From: Syntrophales bacterium
Lineage (GTDB): Bacteria; Desulfobacterota; Syntrophia; Syntrophales; UBA4778
Direction: 5' to 3'
Length of the DNA: 64,000 bases
Assembly (NCBI GenBank): GCA_963665615.2
Contig: CAXXQE010000001.1
Location: forward strand, 637,151-701,150
Within the stretch, counting starts at the first letter, position 1. Each line of letters opens with the position of its first letter. Position numbers and translations under genes: made by a program. The notes under the pieces were generated by a model, which was given only the letters and a program-made list of their open reading frames with translations, did no database searches and was not told where the DNA came from. This document shows positions 10,239 through 19,572 of this stretch, one piece after another.

Positions 10239-10985
10239 TTATTTCTCGCCGTGTTTTCTCAGCCCAGCAAGTCCGATCATCCCCAGGCCAAGCAATAGCA
10301 CTGTAGCAGGCTCCGGAACGGGAGGCGGAGGCGTTTTATGGCCGCCTGTTTCGTCTTCGGCGTCGTGCGAGAAGGGTGCGTTGATGTATTTGGCGCCCTT
10401 TTTATTGTAATAGTGGTCATAAACATCGAAGTGCAGCGTTGTTTCTTCGGTAAGTCCCGTTACGGTAAGCTCGTAAACGTTAATCTGCCCCTTTTCCGCA
10501 GATGGCGTCGGAAGGCTGCCGGAAAAGTCTGCAATAGAGGAGTCTGTCAGGGTCATATTGCCGAGCGCAAATTCCTGCCACCACGTTCCCGCACCATAGA
10601 TGCCATGCGACGGAAGAGCGCTTCCGTTACCCAGGATAGGGGCACTTCCATTTGTTACGGTTTTTGAATAGGTTGCAGCGATCGGCGTCGATGGATCTGT
10701 AAAGCCGCCATATCCGCCCGTAGTGGTGGAAACGAGTGAGAACGTTGGAGTCAGTCCTGATTCATAGGCGATCGAGAGCTTGAGACCGTCAATGGCACCC
10801 TTTGCGCCGATATCGCCAATCACCCATAGTTTGATCGCATTTTGCGTCTCGATGGTCCAGGTTTCAGTGGTGGAATCATATGTAGCTCCTTCAATGTATA
10901 ACTGAAGCTCCGGTATTGCATATGCGTTCGTCACAGCAACCAATGCCAAGCATATGATAAAGATAAACGATCTAATGTGTTTCAT
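10239..10985 (-). CDS. PEP-CTERM exosortase-targeted surface protein (resembles the choice-of-anchor N family)
   Basis: Signal peptide ending AYA; C-terminal VPEPATVLLLGLGMIGLAGLRKH (PEP, TM helix, basic tail). Family name is from recall of the P.LQLYIEGATYD..TETW start. Confidence 0.88.
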   Translation of the reverse strand: MKHIRSFIFIICLALVAVTNAYAIPELQLYIEGATYDSTTETWTIETQNAIKLWVIGDIGAKGAIDGLKLSIAYESGLTPTFSLVSTTTGGYGGFTDPSTPIAATYSKTVTNGSAPILGNGSALPSHGIYGAGTWWQEFALGNMTLTDSSIADFSGSLPTPSAEKGQINVYELTVTGLTEETTLHFDVYDHYYNKKGAKYINAPFSHDAEDETGGHKTPPPPVPEPATVLLLGLGMIGLAGLRKHGEK

Positions 10986-11035
10986 CTCAAGTCCTCCTTA
11001 TGAAACCTTGAAGAAATATCTTTACAATTCAACTT

Positions 11036-11051
11036 TGCAAAATATGTACCT
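11036..11051 (-). promoter_or_regulatory. Putative sigma-54 promoter of the leftward PEP-CTERM gene
   Basis: Minus strand AGGTACATATTTTGCA is GG-N10-GC, about 50 bp upstream of the ATG. Confidence 0.6.
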
Positions 11052-11137
11052 TTAATTGAAAATAATCAGACTTGACGTGGCTATGTCTCTCATCGTGCTG
11101 ATTTAATTTAATATAAAAAAGATAACGCGCGACGGTC

Positions 11138-11607
11138 TGTATGACAATTTACAGTTCGGTCTTAAGCGAATTTGTAAATAAAATTAACAATTATTTCTCT
11201 TTATTGCTATCGTGGGTAAAAAAGTATGTAATACAACATCTTACAAAAGGTGGTCGACTGTAAATTCTGGCGACACTGAAAGTAAACGACGTCAAGAATC
11301 GTTCCAATGAATCACCTCGACGATCGTGACGGAGAATTTTACAACAGCTGTTATTTTTATAATAATTTGATATTACAAATGTTTCAATGACCTATTGCAT
11401 TGATGACGGTAACTGTTCTCTTGATTGTCAAATATCTTTACAGAAGCTTTAAAATAGTCCGTTCTGATTGTCAAGCTCCTTTAATTTTAGAATATAATTT
11501 TGTTTTAAATACTTAGCTGATTATTTTACGGATTGTTCGTTTATGGCCGTTATCGTATGCCGCACGATGAATTTAAATGTTACTTGACCCTATCGAAAAA
11601 TTTTACA
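11138..11607. promoter_or_regulatory. Cluster of TGT-N11-ACA / TTTACA enhancer-like sites (PrsR-type)
   Basis: TGT-N11-ACA at 11173-11189, 11259-11275 and 11426-11442; near-matches ending TTTACA at 11138-11153, 11327-11343 and 11591-11607. Confidence 0.55.
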
Positions 11608-11678
11608 GTTTATCATTTCCCCTTTTTTCTGAATTTAAAAGAATTAATAATAACAATATATTGTGTTTGTCTTGGGAT

Positions 11679-11694
11679 TGGCTCACTCTATGCA
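11679..11694 (+). promoter_or_regulatory. Putative sigma-54 promoter of the rightward PEP-CTERM gene
   Basis: TGGCTCACTCTATGCA is GG-N10-GC, with IHF-like TAACAAtataTTG just upstream (11651-11663). Confidence 0.55.
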
Positions 11695-11805
11695 TTTTAA
11701 AATCTTAAATAGATGTTAAGCAGAACGTAGGGACGAGTTAATAAACCGGAATGAGATATATGAAGAGTAAAGTTAGTCTGTTTGAGATCAACATAGGAGG
11801 CTGAC

Positions 11806-12531
11806 ATGAAAACGAATCAGGCGAAAATAAGAAAGTCATTGTTTATTGTGGCGCTATTTATTTTGGCACCCCTCGCGTTGTGTGTGGGACTGGCTAGTGC
11901 ATCTCCGGTATATCCAGGCACTTACGCGGACATGTATTTAAAACAAAACACTTTTCCTGATAATTTGAACGAAGAGATGGTGTTTTTGGATGCCACCGAT
12001 TCATCAGCGACCGTTGTTGGCCATGTAGGTGCTCAGAATGGTTCTATTCTGGTTAATTTCTCTTCTACAACCGACTTGCTGTTCGCAGCAAATGGTTATG
12101 CTACGATCAAATCCGCAAGCGACGATTTTATTAACAATATCACCATTACGGTGCCAGGCTATTACTTCGACGATCTGATTTTCAGCCTGAATCTTACGCC
12201 CAATAAAAATGACGATTTGACCATCACCGTTGTGGATAAATCAGGGAACACAGATACCTTTACAGGCTGGACCGCCTTAAAGGACTGGGTCAATGGGGAA
12301 AACCGGATATTGGCGCTTTCGACCGATACTAATTTGATGTTGTCTGTCACCATTGATTCTGTGTATGGAATTGAAGGATTGGGCGGCGGTTTGGATCAGC
12401 TAAAGCAAACCGAGATATCCGGCCTTGTCCCTCAACATGAAGTGCCTCCTCCGGTTCCTGAGCCGGCCACGCTGTTGCTGATAGGGGTTGGCATGATTGG
12501 GCTGGGCGTGTTGAGGAGAAGATGCATCTGA
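11806..12531 (+). CDS. PEP-CTERM exosortase-targeted surface protein
   Basis: Strong RBS AGGAGG; signal peptide; C-terminal VPEPATLLLIGVGMIGLGVLRRR. Confidence 0.88.
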   Translation: MKTNQAKIRKSLFIVALFILAPLALCVGLASASPVYPGTYADMYLKQNTFPDNLNEEMVFLDATDSSATVVGHVGAQNGSILVNFSSTTDLLFAANGYATIKSASDDFINNITITVPGYYFDDLIFSLNLTPNKNDDLTITVVDKSGNTDTFTGWTALKDWVNGENRILALSTDTNLMLSVTIDSVYGIEGLGGGLDQLKQTEISGLVPQHEVPPPVPEPATLLLIGVGMIGLGVLRRRCI

Positions 12532-12545
12532 AGATTTGACGGATC

Positions 12546-12741
12546 GGCTGTTGCCTGATGAAAAAAGCCTCTTCGGGGCAGCCATTATCCTGGCAGTGGG
12601 TCGCAAGGTCATGATAATGGATAATAGGGAGCGCGATTCCTAGTTGTTTGAGCCAACAGAACATAGTGGAATTGTCCTGAAACGAGCTCTGAAACCACAT
12701 AAGAACTCGCAGCCAAAGTGAAGGGGAATCAGGCAACGGCC
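12546..12741 (+). ncRNA. Candidate structured non-coding RNA (or MITE), ~196 nt
   Basis: 14-bp closing stem (12546-12559 with 12728-12741) enclosing at least three hairpins, including cUUCGg and cGCAAg loops; immediately followed by a terminator. Confidence 0.4.
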
Positions 12742-12745
12742 CCAT

Positions 12746-12790
12746 ATATAAAAAAGGCAGGATCGCCAAGCGTTCCTGCCTTTTTTATAT
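12746..12790. terminator. Bidirectional intrinsic terminator
   Basis: Perfect inverted repeat ATATAAAAAAGGCAGGA / TCCTGCCTTTTTTATAT between convergent transcription units. Confidence 0.85.
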
Positions 12791-12973
12791 TAAGAGCTTG
12801 TCCCTCAATTGCCTTGCCATCCCGCATCCCATCTTCGCGTCATCTTTCCCCGTGCCTCAATCGAAAAATCCCGCTGCTGCGCCTGCGGTTTTGCTCAATC
12901 GACCCTAAAAATCTGACGCCAATCCGGGCGCGATTTGAGGCAACTTTACTTATGGTCCAGCTCTAAGATTCGC

Positions 12974-13579
12974 CTATCGGCTGGTTGTATTTTTGCCGGT
13001 CTTGTCGAAGAGTTTGAGGAATTCCCCGTAGCCCTCTTTCTTAAGATCTTCTTTAGGTATGAATCGTAACGATGCGGAATTCATGCAATATCTTAATCCT
13101 GTCGGTGCGGGTCCGTCGGGGAAGACGTGACCGAGATGGGAATCGGCATGTTTGCTCCTCACCTCGGTGCGGTTATAGAGACTGTTGGGGCCTTCCTGTT
13201 TGGTCACGACGTTTTCCGGTACGAGTGGACGGGTGAAGCTCGGCCAACCGGTGCCTGAATCGTATTTGTCGAGAGAACTGAAAAGGGGTTCTCCCGAGAC
13301 GACATCGACATAAATCCCTTCCCGTTTGTTGTTCCAATAGGGATTGTGGAAAGGGGCCTCCGTTCCACTGCATTGCGTTACATCGTATTGTTCGGGCGTG
13401 AGCGACTTCTGAAGTTCACCGGAACCGGGTTTTTCAAATTGCCTCCAATCTGAAACATTTCGCTGCACTGTCGTTGTCTTTCCGTCATGGCCGCTGATCG
13501 TCGCCTGCGCCATGCTGCGAATGGGAATGCCCAACAGGACAAATGCTCCGACTGCGGCAAGCCATAAACTGCCTTTCAT
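12974..13579 (-). CDS. msrB: Exported peptide-methionine (R)-S-oxide reductase
   Basis: [57 protein letters not shown]; signal peptide; GGAGG RBS before ATG 13579. Confidence 0.95.
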   Translation of the reverse strand: MKGSLWLAAVGAFVLLGIPIRSMAQATISGHDGKTTTVQRNVSDWRQFEKPGSGELQKSLTPEQYDVTQCSGTEAPFHNPYWNNKREGIYVDVVSGEPLFSSLDKYDSGTGWPSFTRPLVPENVVTKQEGPNSLYNRTEVRSKHADSHLGHVFPDGPAPTGLRYCMNSASLRFIPKEDLKKEGYGEFLKLFDKTGKNTTSR

Positions 13580-13776
13580 AGAATACCTCCATGTTTCTGT
13601 GGCAAGGGTTTTCTTATGATTTAATATGGCGACGAAACAAAAAATGGCAAACAGAAGTGGCGGTCGGAACAAGAAAGCTTTGAGTTCTCCTGTATTTTAG
13701 GTTAAATGCTATACATTATGTAGGTTAAACGGAAAGAATATTTTCTCTCGTTCAGTCAAACCCCAGGGAGGACGGC

Positions 13777-16700
13777 ATGAAGCGCTATTTCGCTTTATTG
13801 TTCACAATCGTAATTCTCTTCGCACGGGCCGTTGCACCTGCAGCGGAAGCAAATGTGGAATCCTTTTCACCGGAAGGGACTGTCAAAAAGGTGCGTCAAA
13901 TGACGGCACGTTTCTCCGAACCGATGGCTGCGTTCGGCGATCCGCAACTATCCGACCCTTTCGATATTTCATGTACTGAAAAGGGAAAAGGGCGTTGGGC
14001 AGACGGGCGCAATTGGGTCTATGATTTTGACAAGGATCTTCCGGCCGGGATTCGCTGCACATTCACCACAAAGAAAGGACTGAAAACACTTTCCGGACAA
14101 CCTGTTGCAGAAAGACAGTTTTCATTTTCTACGGGTGGACCGTCGGTGACGAGCATTACGCCGGAGGTGAACAGTGATGAAGTCGAAGAAGAACAGGTCT
14201 TTCTTCTTGAGCTGGATGCTGTTGCAGAGAGAGACTCGATTCTTGCCAATGCATATCTTGTCGTCAGCGGTTTGAAAAGCCGCGTCGGCATTCGGATCAT
14301 TGAGGGAGAGGTCAGAAATCAGATCCTCAAGGGGATGGGATGCAAAGAGAGCGCAGCGAACTTCCTTCTCGTTCAGGGTTTGCAGCGTCTGCCGAACGAG
14401 GCGGATGTCCGGTTTGTCTGGGGTAAGGAAATTCTGTCCTTGAATGGCGGTATTCCCACGGAGCAGGATCAGAGTTTTGCGTTCAAGATCCGTCCTGTTT
14501 TCAAGGCGGAGTTCTCATGCTACCGGGAAAATTCTAACGCCGCGTGTCTTCCTTTTGAACCCATGGAGATTCGGTTCAGTGTGCCGGTCAGATGGGCAGA
14601 CGTGTCTCAAGCGAGGCTTAAGAGTACAGTGGGAGACAGGGTCTATAAGCCGTTTGTAAATGTTGACGGAAACACGGTGGAACTCGATTCAAAAAAGGAT
14701 CGTGATCGTGAAAAACTGATCTCTAAAATTTTATTTAAAGATCCTTTCCCGGAGAAGACGGAATTTAAGCTTTTTCTGCCCACATCGATCCGTGACGAAA
14801 CCGGAAGGATTTTGAACAATGCTGATCGGTTCCCCCTCCAGGTGGCTACATCCGAGTACCCGCCGTTGGCCAAATTTCCCGCACGCTTCGGCATTATCGA
14901 ATGGAAGGAGGGTGCCTTTTTACCGGTGACGCTCCGCAACCTGGAATCTCAAGTATTAACGAGGCAATTCGATATTCCCTCTGGCCAACTTACGAACAAT
15001 GCGCGTAGGTCTGCCTCCTCGGGGCAATCCTATTATAAGGGTATCAAGGGGAAAATTCAGCGTGTGGAAAGCGATCGCGAAACACAGGTGATTGCCTGGC
15101 TGGAGAAGGTTGCCGTGGCACACCGCAAGAACTCCGTGCTGAACGAGTTCAAGGGGGCGAAAACGTTTTTAGTTCCCAAAACGGGCGGGGACAAGGCCTT
15201 TGAAGTGGTCGGCATTCCTCTGAACAAGCCGGGTTTTTATGTCGTTGAGATGGAAAGCCGCATTCTCGGCAAATCGCTTTTAGATGCACAGAAGCCCATG
15301 TATGTTCCCACCTCCGCCCTGGTGACGAATATGGCCGTACATCTTAAGGAGGGAAAGGAATCCTCGCTGGTTTGGGTGACCTCACTTGACAAGGGGCAGC
15401 CTGTTGCCGATGCAGCGATTACGATGCGCGACTGCACCGGCAAAGTTTTCTGGCGTGGAAAATCGAATTTGGACGGGATCGCCATGATTCAGGGACCGTT
15501 GCCGAAACACATCGAATCGTGTTCCCGCCCCGACAGCAAGGATGATGACCTGTATTCAGACAGCGGATATCCGTGGATGGACAGCGGCTTTTTCGTTTTT
15601 GCCAGGAAGGCCGATGACATGACCTTTGTCCATTCAAGCTGGAGAGATGGTATCGAGCCTTACCAATTCAATTTGCCGGTCGACTATGATCGGCGTTCAC
15701 AAAAGGCTTCTCTGATTTTTCATACAGTTCTGGATCGCCCGCTGTTTCGTGCGGGAGAAGAAGTACATATGAAGCACTTCGCCCGCATGCAGAATATGCA
15801 CGGTCTGGCTCTGTCTGATAGGAAGGCGTTGCCGAATTGGGTGACGATCAGGCATTATGGGACCGATCAGGAGTATACGTGTGAACTGAAATGGGACGAT
15901 GCAAATACAGGGGTCAGCAATTGGCAGATACCGAGAGATGCCAAACTAGGAACCTACAAAATTATTCTGAGCAGCAAAAAGCCCAATAAGGACAAGAAGA
16001 GCAACCGCCGCGAGCAGGCTGAAGAGTATGAGGCCGGTAGTTTTCGCGTTGAAGAGTTTCGGGTGCCGCTCATGATCGGTGTGATCGATCCACCAAAAGC
16101 GTCCCTTATTGGAGCGGCGGAAGCGGATGTGAACCTTCTGGTAAAGTATCTCGCTGGCGGCGGTGTGTCGGATGGACATGTCCGGTTTCGAAGCCAGGTT
16201 CAACCTAAATACATTTCTTTTCCTGACTATGACGAGTTCAGTTTTTCCGGCGAAGAAATAAAGGAAGGTATCATCAAGCGCGGCGAATACGAGCAAGGGG
16301 AGGACGGTGCGTCCCAGGTGTCCGAAAGCCGGCTTCAGAGTCAGGTGAAGACTGCAGATATCACCCTCGATCAAGGCGGTGCGGCGAGGACAAGGATTAC
16401 GGAGCTTCCAGCGGTCAGCGTGCCTCACGACATTCATTCAGAACTGGAATTCAGAGATCCCAACGGTGAAGTGCAGACGGTTTCAGCCAATATTCCGCTG
16501 TGGTCGTCAGCGTACCTGGTGGGCGTTAAACCTGGTTACTGGGTTGCTTCTAGGGACTCCGTCATTCTGCATACGATCGTGACGGATGTTTCGGGGAGAC
16601 CGCTTCCCAACATTCCGGTGAAAGTCAATCTGTTCAAGCGTTCCTATTACTCGCATCGAAAACGGCTTATCGGCGGATTTTATTCCTATGAGCATGCCGA

Positions 16701-19551
16701 AGAGGTGGAGCGGATCGAAACCTTCTGCGAAGGACAGACGGACAGCAAAGGTCTCCTGATCTGCGAAAACGCATCGCCGGTAACGGGCCAGATCATTCTC
16801 CAGGCTGAGGCGGCCGATCCGGCAGGACGCAGGTCCTTTGCCAACCGGGATATCTGGATCCCTGAGGAAGGCAATTGGTGGTTCAAGGTAGGGGATAATG
16901 ATCGGATCGATTTGTTGCCGGAAAAGAAACGTTATGAACCCGGCGATACGGCCAGATTGCAGGTGCGAATGCCTTTCCGCGAAGCGACCGTGCTGGTGAC
17001 GGTCGAGCGCGAAGGGGTGATTGATGCCTTTATCCAAAAGGTTTCCGGAAAGAGCCCAATGATTGAGGTACCGATCAAATCGGCCTATGCTCCGAATGTC
17101 TTTGTCTCTGCGCTCTGTGTGAGAGGAAGGGTGCCCGGCACGAACCCCACCGCTTTGATCGATCTGGCCAAGCCTGCCTTCAAACTCGGTATTGCCGGGA
17201 TCAAGGTGGGATGGAAGGCGCATGAACTGAAAGTGAACGTATCGACGTCCAAGAGCGTCTATCAGGTGCGGGAGAAAATGCCTGTGCATGTCAATGTTGC
17301 CCGGGCCGCTGGTGGAGCGCCGCCTCGGGGTTCCGAGATAGCCGTCGCTGTTATCGACGAGGGATTACTGGAGTTAATGCCGAATCGCAGTTGGAAGTTG
17401 CTGGAGGCCATGATGGCCGAACGGCCGTATGCCGTTGAGACCTCGACAGCGCAGATGCAGGTCGTGGGCAAGCGGCATTTCGGGCTAAAGGCTGTACCGC
17501 ACGGCGGCGGTGGCGGAAAACAAAAGACGAGGGAGATGCTCGATACGCTTGTTTTTTGGAAGGCGAGGGTTCCTCTCAATGAAAAGGGCGAGGCTGATTT
17601 CGAGGTTCCTCTGAATGATTCGCTGACATCTTTTCGGATTGCTGCCGTTGCCAGCGGCGGTGCCGATCTCTTCGGAACAGGGGAGACGAGCATTCGGACC
17701 ACACAGGATGTCATGCTCTTCTCAGGCTTACCTCCTCTTGTCCGTGAAGGAGATCGTTTCCGTGCAGGCGTTACTGTGAAGAATTCCACGGATCGCGACA
17801 TGGCACTTGAGGTTCGGGGCAATGCAATCGGACTAGACAATAAGCTGCCTCAACTACAAATAATGCTGGCAGCAGGCGAGGCAAAGGAGTGCGGCTGGGA
17901 TGTGAGCGTGTCGCAGGGGCGTAAAACACTTGAGTGGGATATTGCCGTTGAAGAAAAACATGGAACCGGACGCGACCGTCTGAAGGTGAAACAGAATGTT
18001 GAGGAGACTGTTGCGTTGAGAACCTTGCAGGTGACCATTTTTCAGTTGGACAAAGCGGTTGCGTTGCCTGTGGAACGTCCTGCCGATGCCGTCCCCGGGA
18101 AAGGAGGGGTCGAAGTCACTCTTCGATCGAAACTGGCCGGTAGCCTGACGGACGTTCACGACTATATGCTCAACTATCCATACGCCTGCATGGAACAGAA
18201 AGTGTCGCGTTCAATTGCACTTCAGGACCCTGTGTTGTGGAAGAAGACCATGGCGGAACTGCCTGCCTATCTCGACGGCAGTGGTCTGGTCAAGTATTTC
18301 GCGATGGATTGGCTCTGTGGCAGCGATGTGCTGACCGCCTATATCCTGTCGATCGCGCATGAAGCAGGATACGCCATTCCTGAGGAAACCATGGAGAAGA
18401 TGGCGAAGGGGCTGGAAGCATTCATCAACGGTCGTACAGGCGGTGACGCCTGGCTGGCGAACCGCAACCTTACCATCCGAAAACTGGCCGCACTGGAGGC
18501 GCTTGCTAGAATCGGGAAGGCGAAACCGGATATGCTGTCTTCGATGGTCATCGAACCGAATCTCTGGCCCACTTCGGCCATAATCGACTGGATGAGCATC
18601 CTCATGAGAATAAAGGACATCCCCGATCGCGACAAGTTTTACTTTGAGGCCGATCGCATTCTCCGGTCCCGCCTGAACTTCCAGGGAACGACCATGCTGT
18701 TTTCCACGGAGCAGTCTGACTATCTCTGGTGGTTGATGCGATCCGGCGACGAGAATGCCGTGAAGCTGATTCTAACCCTGATGGATGTCGACAGGTGGCG
18801 CGAGGATATGCCGCGTCTCGTCACCGGCGCACTCCATCGTCAGCATCGCGGCCGATGGCATACAACCACGGCCAATGCCTGGGGGGTGCTCGCCATGAAG
18901 CGGTTCTCAGAGAAATTCGAGGCTGTGCCTGTGATGGGGAAAACGCTCTGTGCTCTTGGAGGCTATTCCAAAACGGTCAACTGGAAAAAAATGGCTAGCG
19001 GGGGGAACGTGTTGCATCCTTGGCAATTCGAGCAGAACACCCTTAACTTAAAACATGAAGGGACGGGCCGACCATGGGCAACCGTTCGAAGTCTCGCGGC
19101 CATTCCGCTCAAAGAGCCTTTCTCCAGCGGATATAAATTCAGGAAAAGCCTTATCCCGGTTGAACAAAAGGTAAAAGGAAAATGGAGCCGGGGTGATGTG
19201 GTGCGGATCCGGCTGGATCTGGAGGCGCAAACGGATATGACGTGGGTGGTTGTAAACGATCCGGTTCCGGCGGGTTCCACCATCCTCGGAACGGGGCTGG
19301 GGCGCGACTCGCAGATGCTGACATCCGGTGAAAAGGCGGCCGGTCGGGCCTGGCCGGCCTTTGAGGAACGAAAGTATGATTCGTTCCGGGCATATTACGA
19401 ATTTGTGGCTAAGGGAACGTGGTCGGTCGAATACACGGTACGTCTGAATGCCAGCGGTGAGTTCCTTTTGCCTGAGACGCGGGTGGAAGCGCTCTATGCG
19501 CCAGAGCTGTGCGCAGAATCGCCGAATCAGACGCTAGTTGTGGGGGAGTAG
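13777..19551 (+). CDS. Bacterial alpha-2-macroglobulin (YfhM-like)
   Basis: 1924 aa with signal peptide; DRPLFRAGE, F.VEEFR, DEGLL, PLNDSLTSFRI; thioester motif YPYACMEQ at ~18175-18198; followed by pbpC. Confidence 0.93.
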   Translation: MKRYFALLFTIVILFARAVAPAAEANVESFSPEGTVKKVRQMTARFSEPMAAFGDPQLSDPFDISCTEKGKGRWADGRNWVYDFDKDLPAGIRCTFTTKKGLKTLSGQPVAERQFSFSTGGPSVTSITPEVNSDEVEEEQVFLLELDAVAERDSILANAYLVVSGLKSRVGIRIIEGEVRNQILKGMGCKESAANFLLVQGLQRLPNEADVRFVWGKEILSLNGGIPTEQDQSFAFKIRPVFKAEFSCYRENSNAACLPFEPMEIRFSVPVRWADVSQARLKSTVGDRVYKPFVNVDGNTVELDSKKDRDREKLISKILFKDPFPEKTEFKLFLPTSIRDETGRILNNADRFPLQVATSEYPPLAKFPARFGIIEWKEGAFLPVTLRNLESQVLTRQFDIPSGQLTNNARRSASSGQSYYKGIKGKIQRVESDRETQVIAWLEKVAVAHRKNSVLNEFKGAKTFLVPKTGGDKAFEVVGIPLNKPGFYVVEMESRILGKSLLDAQKPMYVPTSALVTNMAVHLKEGKESSLVWVTSLDKGQPVADAAITMRDCTGKVFWRGKSNLDGIAMIQGPLPKHIESCSRPDSKDDDLYSDSGYPWMDSGFFVFARKADDMTFVHSSWRDGIEPYQFNLPVDYDRRSQKASLIFHTVLDRPLFRAGEEVHMKHFARMQNMHGLALSDRKALPNWVTIRHYGTDQEYTCELKWDDANTGVSNWQIPRDAKLGTYKIILSSKKPNKDKKSNRREQAEEYEAGSFRVEEFRVPLMIGVIDPPKASLIGAAEADVNLLVKYLAGGGVSDGHVRFRSQVQPKYISFPDYDEFSFSGEEIKEGIIKRGEYEQGEDGASQVSESRLQSQVKTADITLDQGGAARTRITELPAVSVPHDIHSELEFRDPNGEVQTVSANIPLWSSAYLVGVKPGYWVASRDSVILHTIVTDVSGRPLPNIPVKVNLFKRSYYSHRKRLIGGFYSYEHAEEVERIETFCEGQTDSKGLLICENASPVTGQIILQAEAADPAGRRSFANRDIWIPEEGNWWFKVGDNDRIDLLPEKKRYEPGDTARLQVRMPFREATVLVTVEREGVIDAFIQKVSGKSPMIEVPIKSAYAPNVFVSALCVRGRVPGTNPTALIDLAKPAFKLGIAGIKVGWKAHELKVNVSTSKSVYQVREKMPVHVNVARAAGGAPPRGSEIAVAVIDEGLLELMPNRSWKLLEAMMAERPYAVETSTAQMQVVGKRHFGLKAVPHGGGGGKQKTREMLDTLVFWKARVPLNEKGEADFEVPLNDSLTSFRIAAVASGGADLFGTGETSIRTTQDVMLFSGLPPLVREGDRFRAGVTVKNSTDRDMALEVRGNAIGLDNKLPQLQIMLAAGEAKECGWDVSVSQGRKTLEWDIAVEEKHGTGRDRLKVKQNVEETVALRTLQVTIFQLDKAVALPVERPADAVPGKGGVEVTLRSKLAGSLTDVHDYMLNYPYACMEQKVSRSIALQDPVLWKKTMAELPAYLDGSGLVKYFAMDWLCGSDVLTAYILSIAHEAGYAIPEETMEKMAKGLEAFINGRTGGDAWLANRNLTIRKLAALEALARIGKAKPDMLSSMVIEPNLWPTSAIIDWMSILMRIKDIPDRDKFYFEADRILRSRLNFQGTTMLFSTEQSDYLWWLMRSGDENAVKLILTLMDVDRWREDMPRLVTGALHRQHRGRWHTTTANAWGVLAMKRFSEKFEAVPVMGKTLCALGGYSKTVNWKKMASGGNVLHPWQFEQNTLNLKHEGTGRPWATVRSLAAIPLKEPFSSGYKFRKSLIPVEQKVKGKWSRGDVVRIRLDLEAQTDMTWVVVNDPVPAGSTILGTGLGRDSQMLTSGEKAAGRAWPAFEERKYDSFRAYYEFVAKGTWSVEYTVRLNASGEFLLPETRVEALYAPELCAESPNQTLVVGE

Positions 19552-19572
19552 TAGAAGTTGAAAGTTAAGATC

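Noticed and set aside
12555..12700. Possible hammerhead ribozyme (CTGATGA ... GAAAC)
   Set aside because: CTGATGA runs into an A tract and I cannot build stem II next to either GAAA, so the core geometry does not fit.
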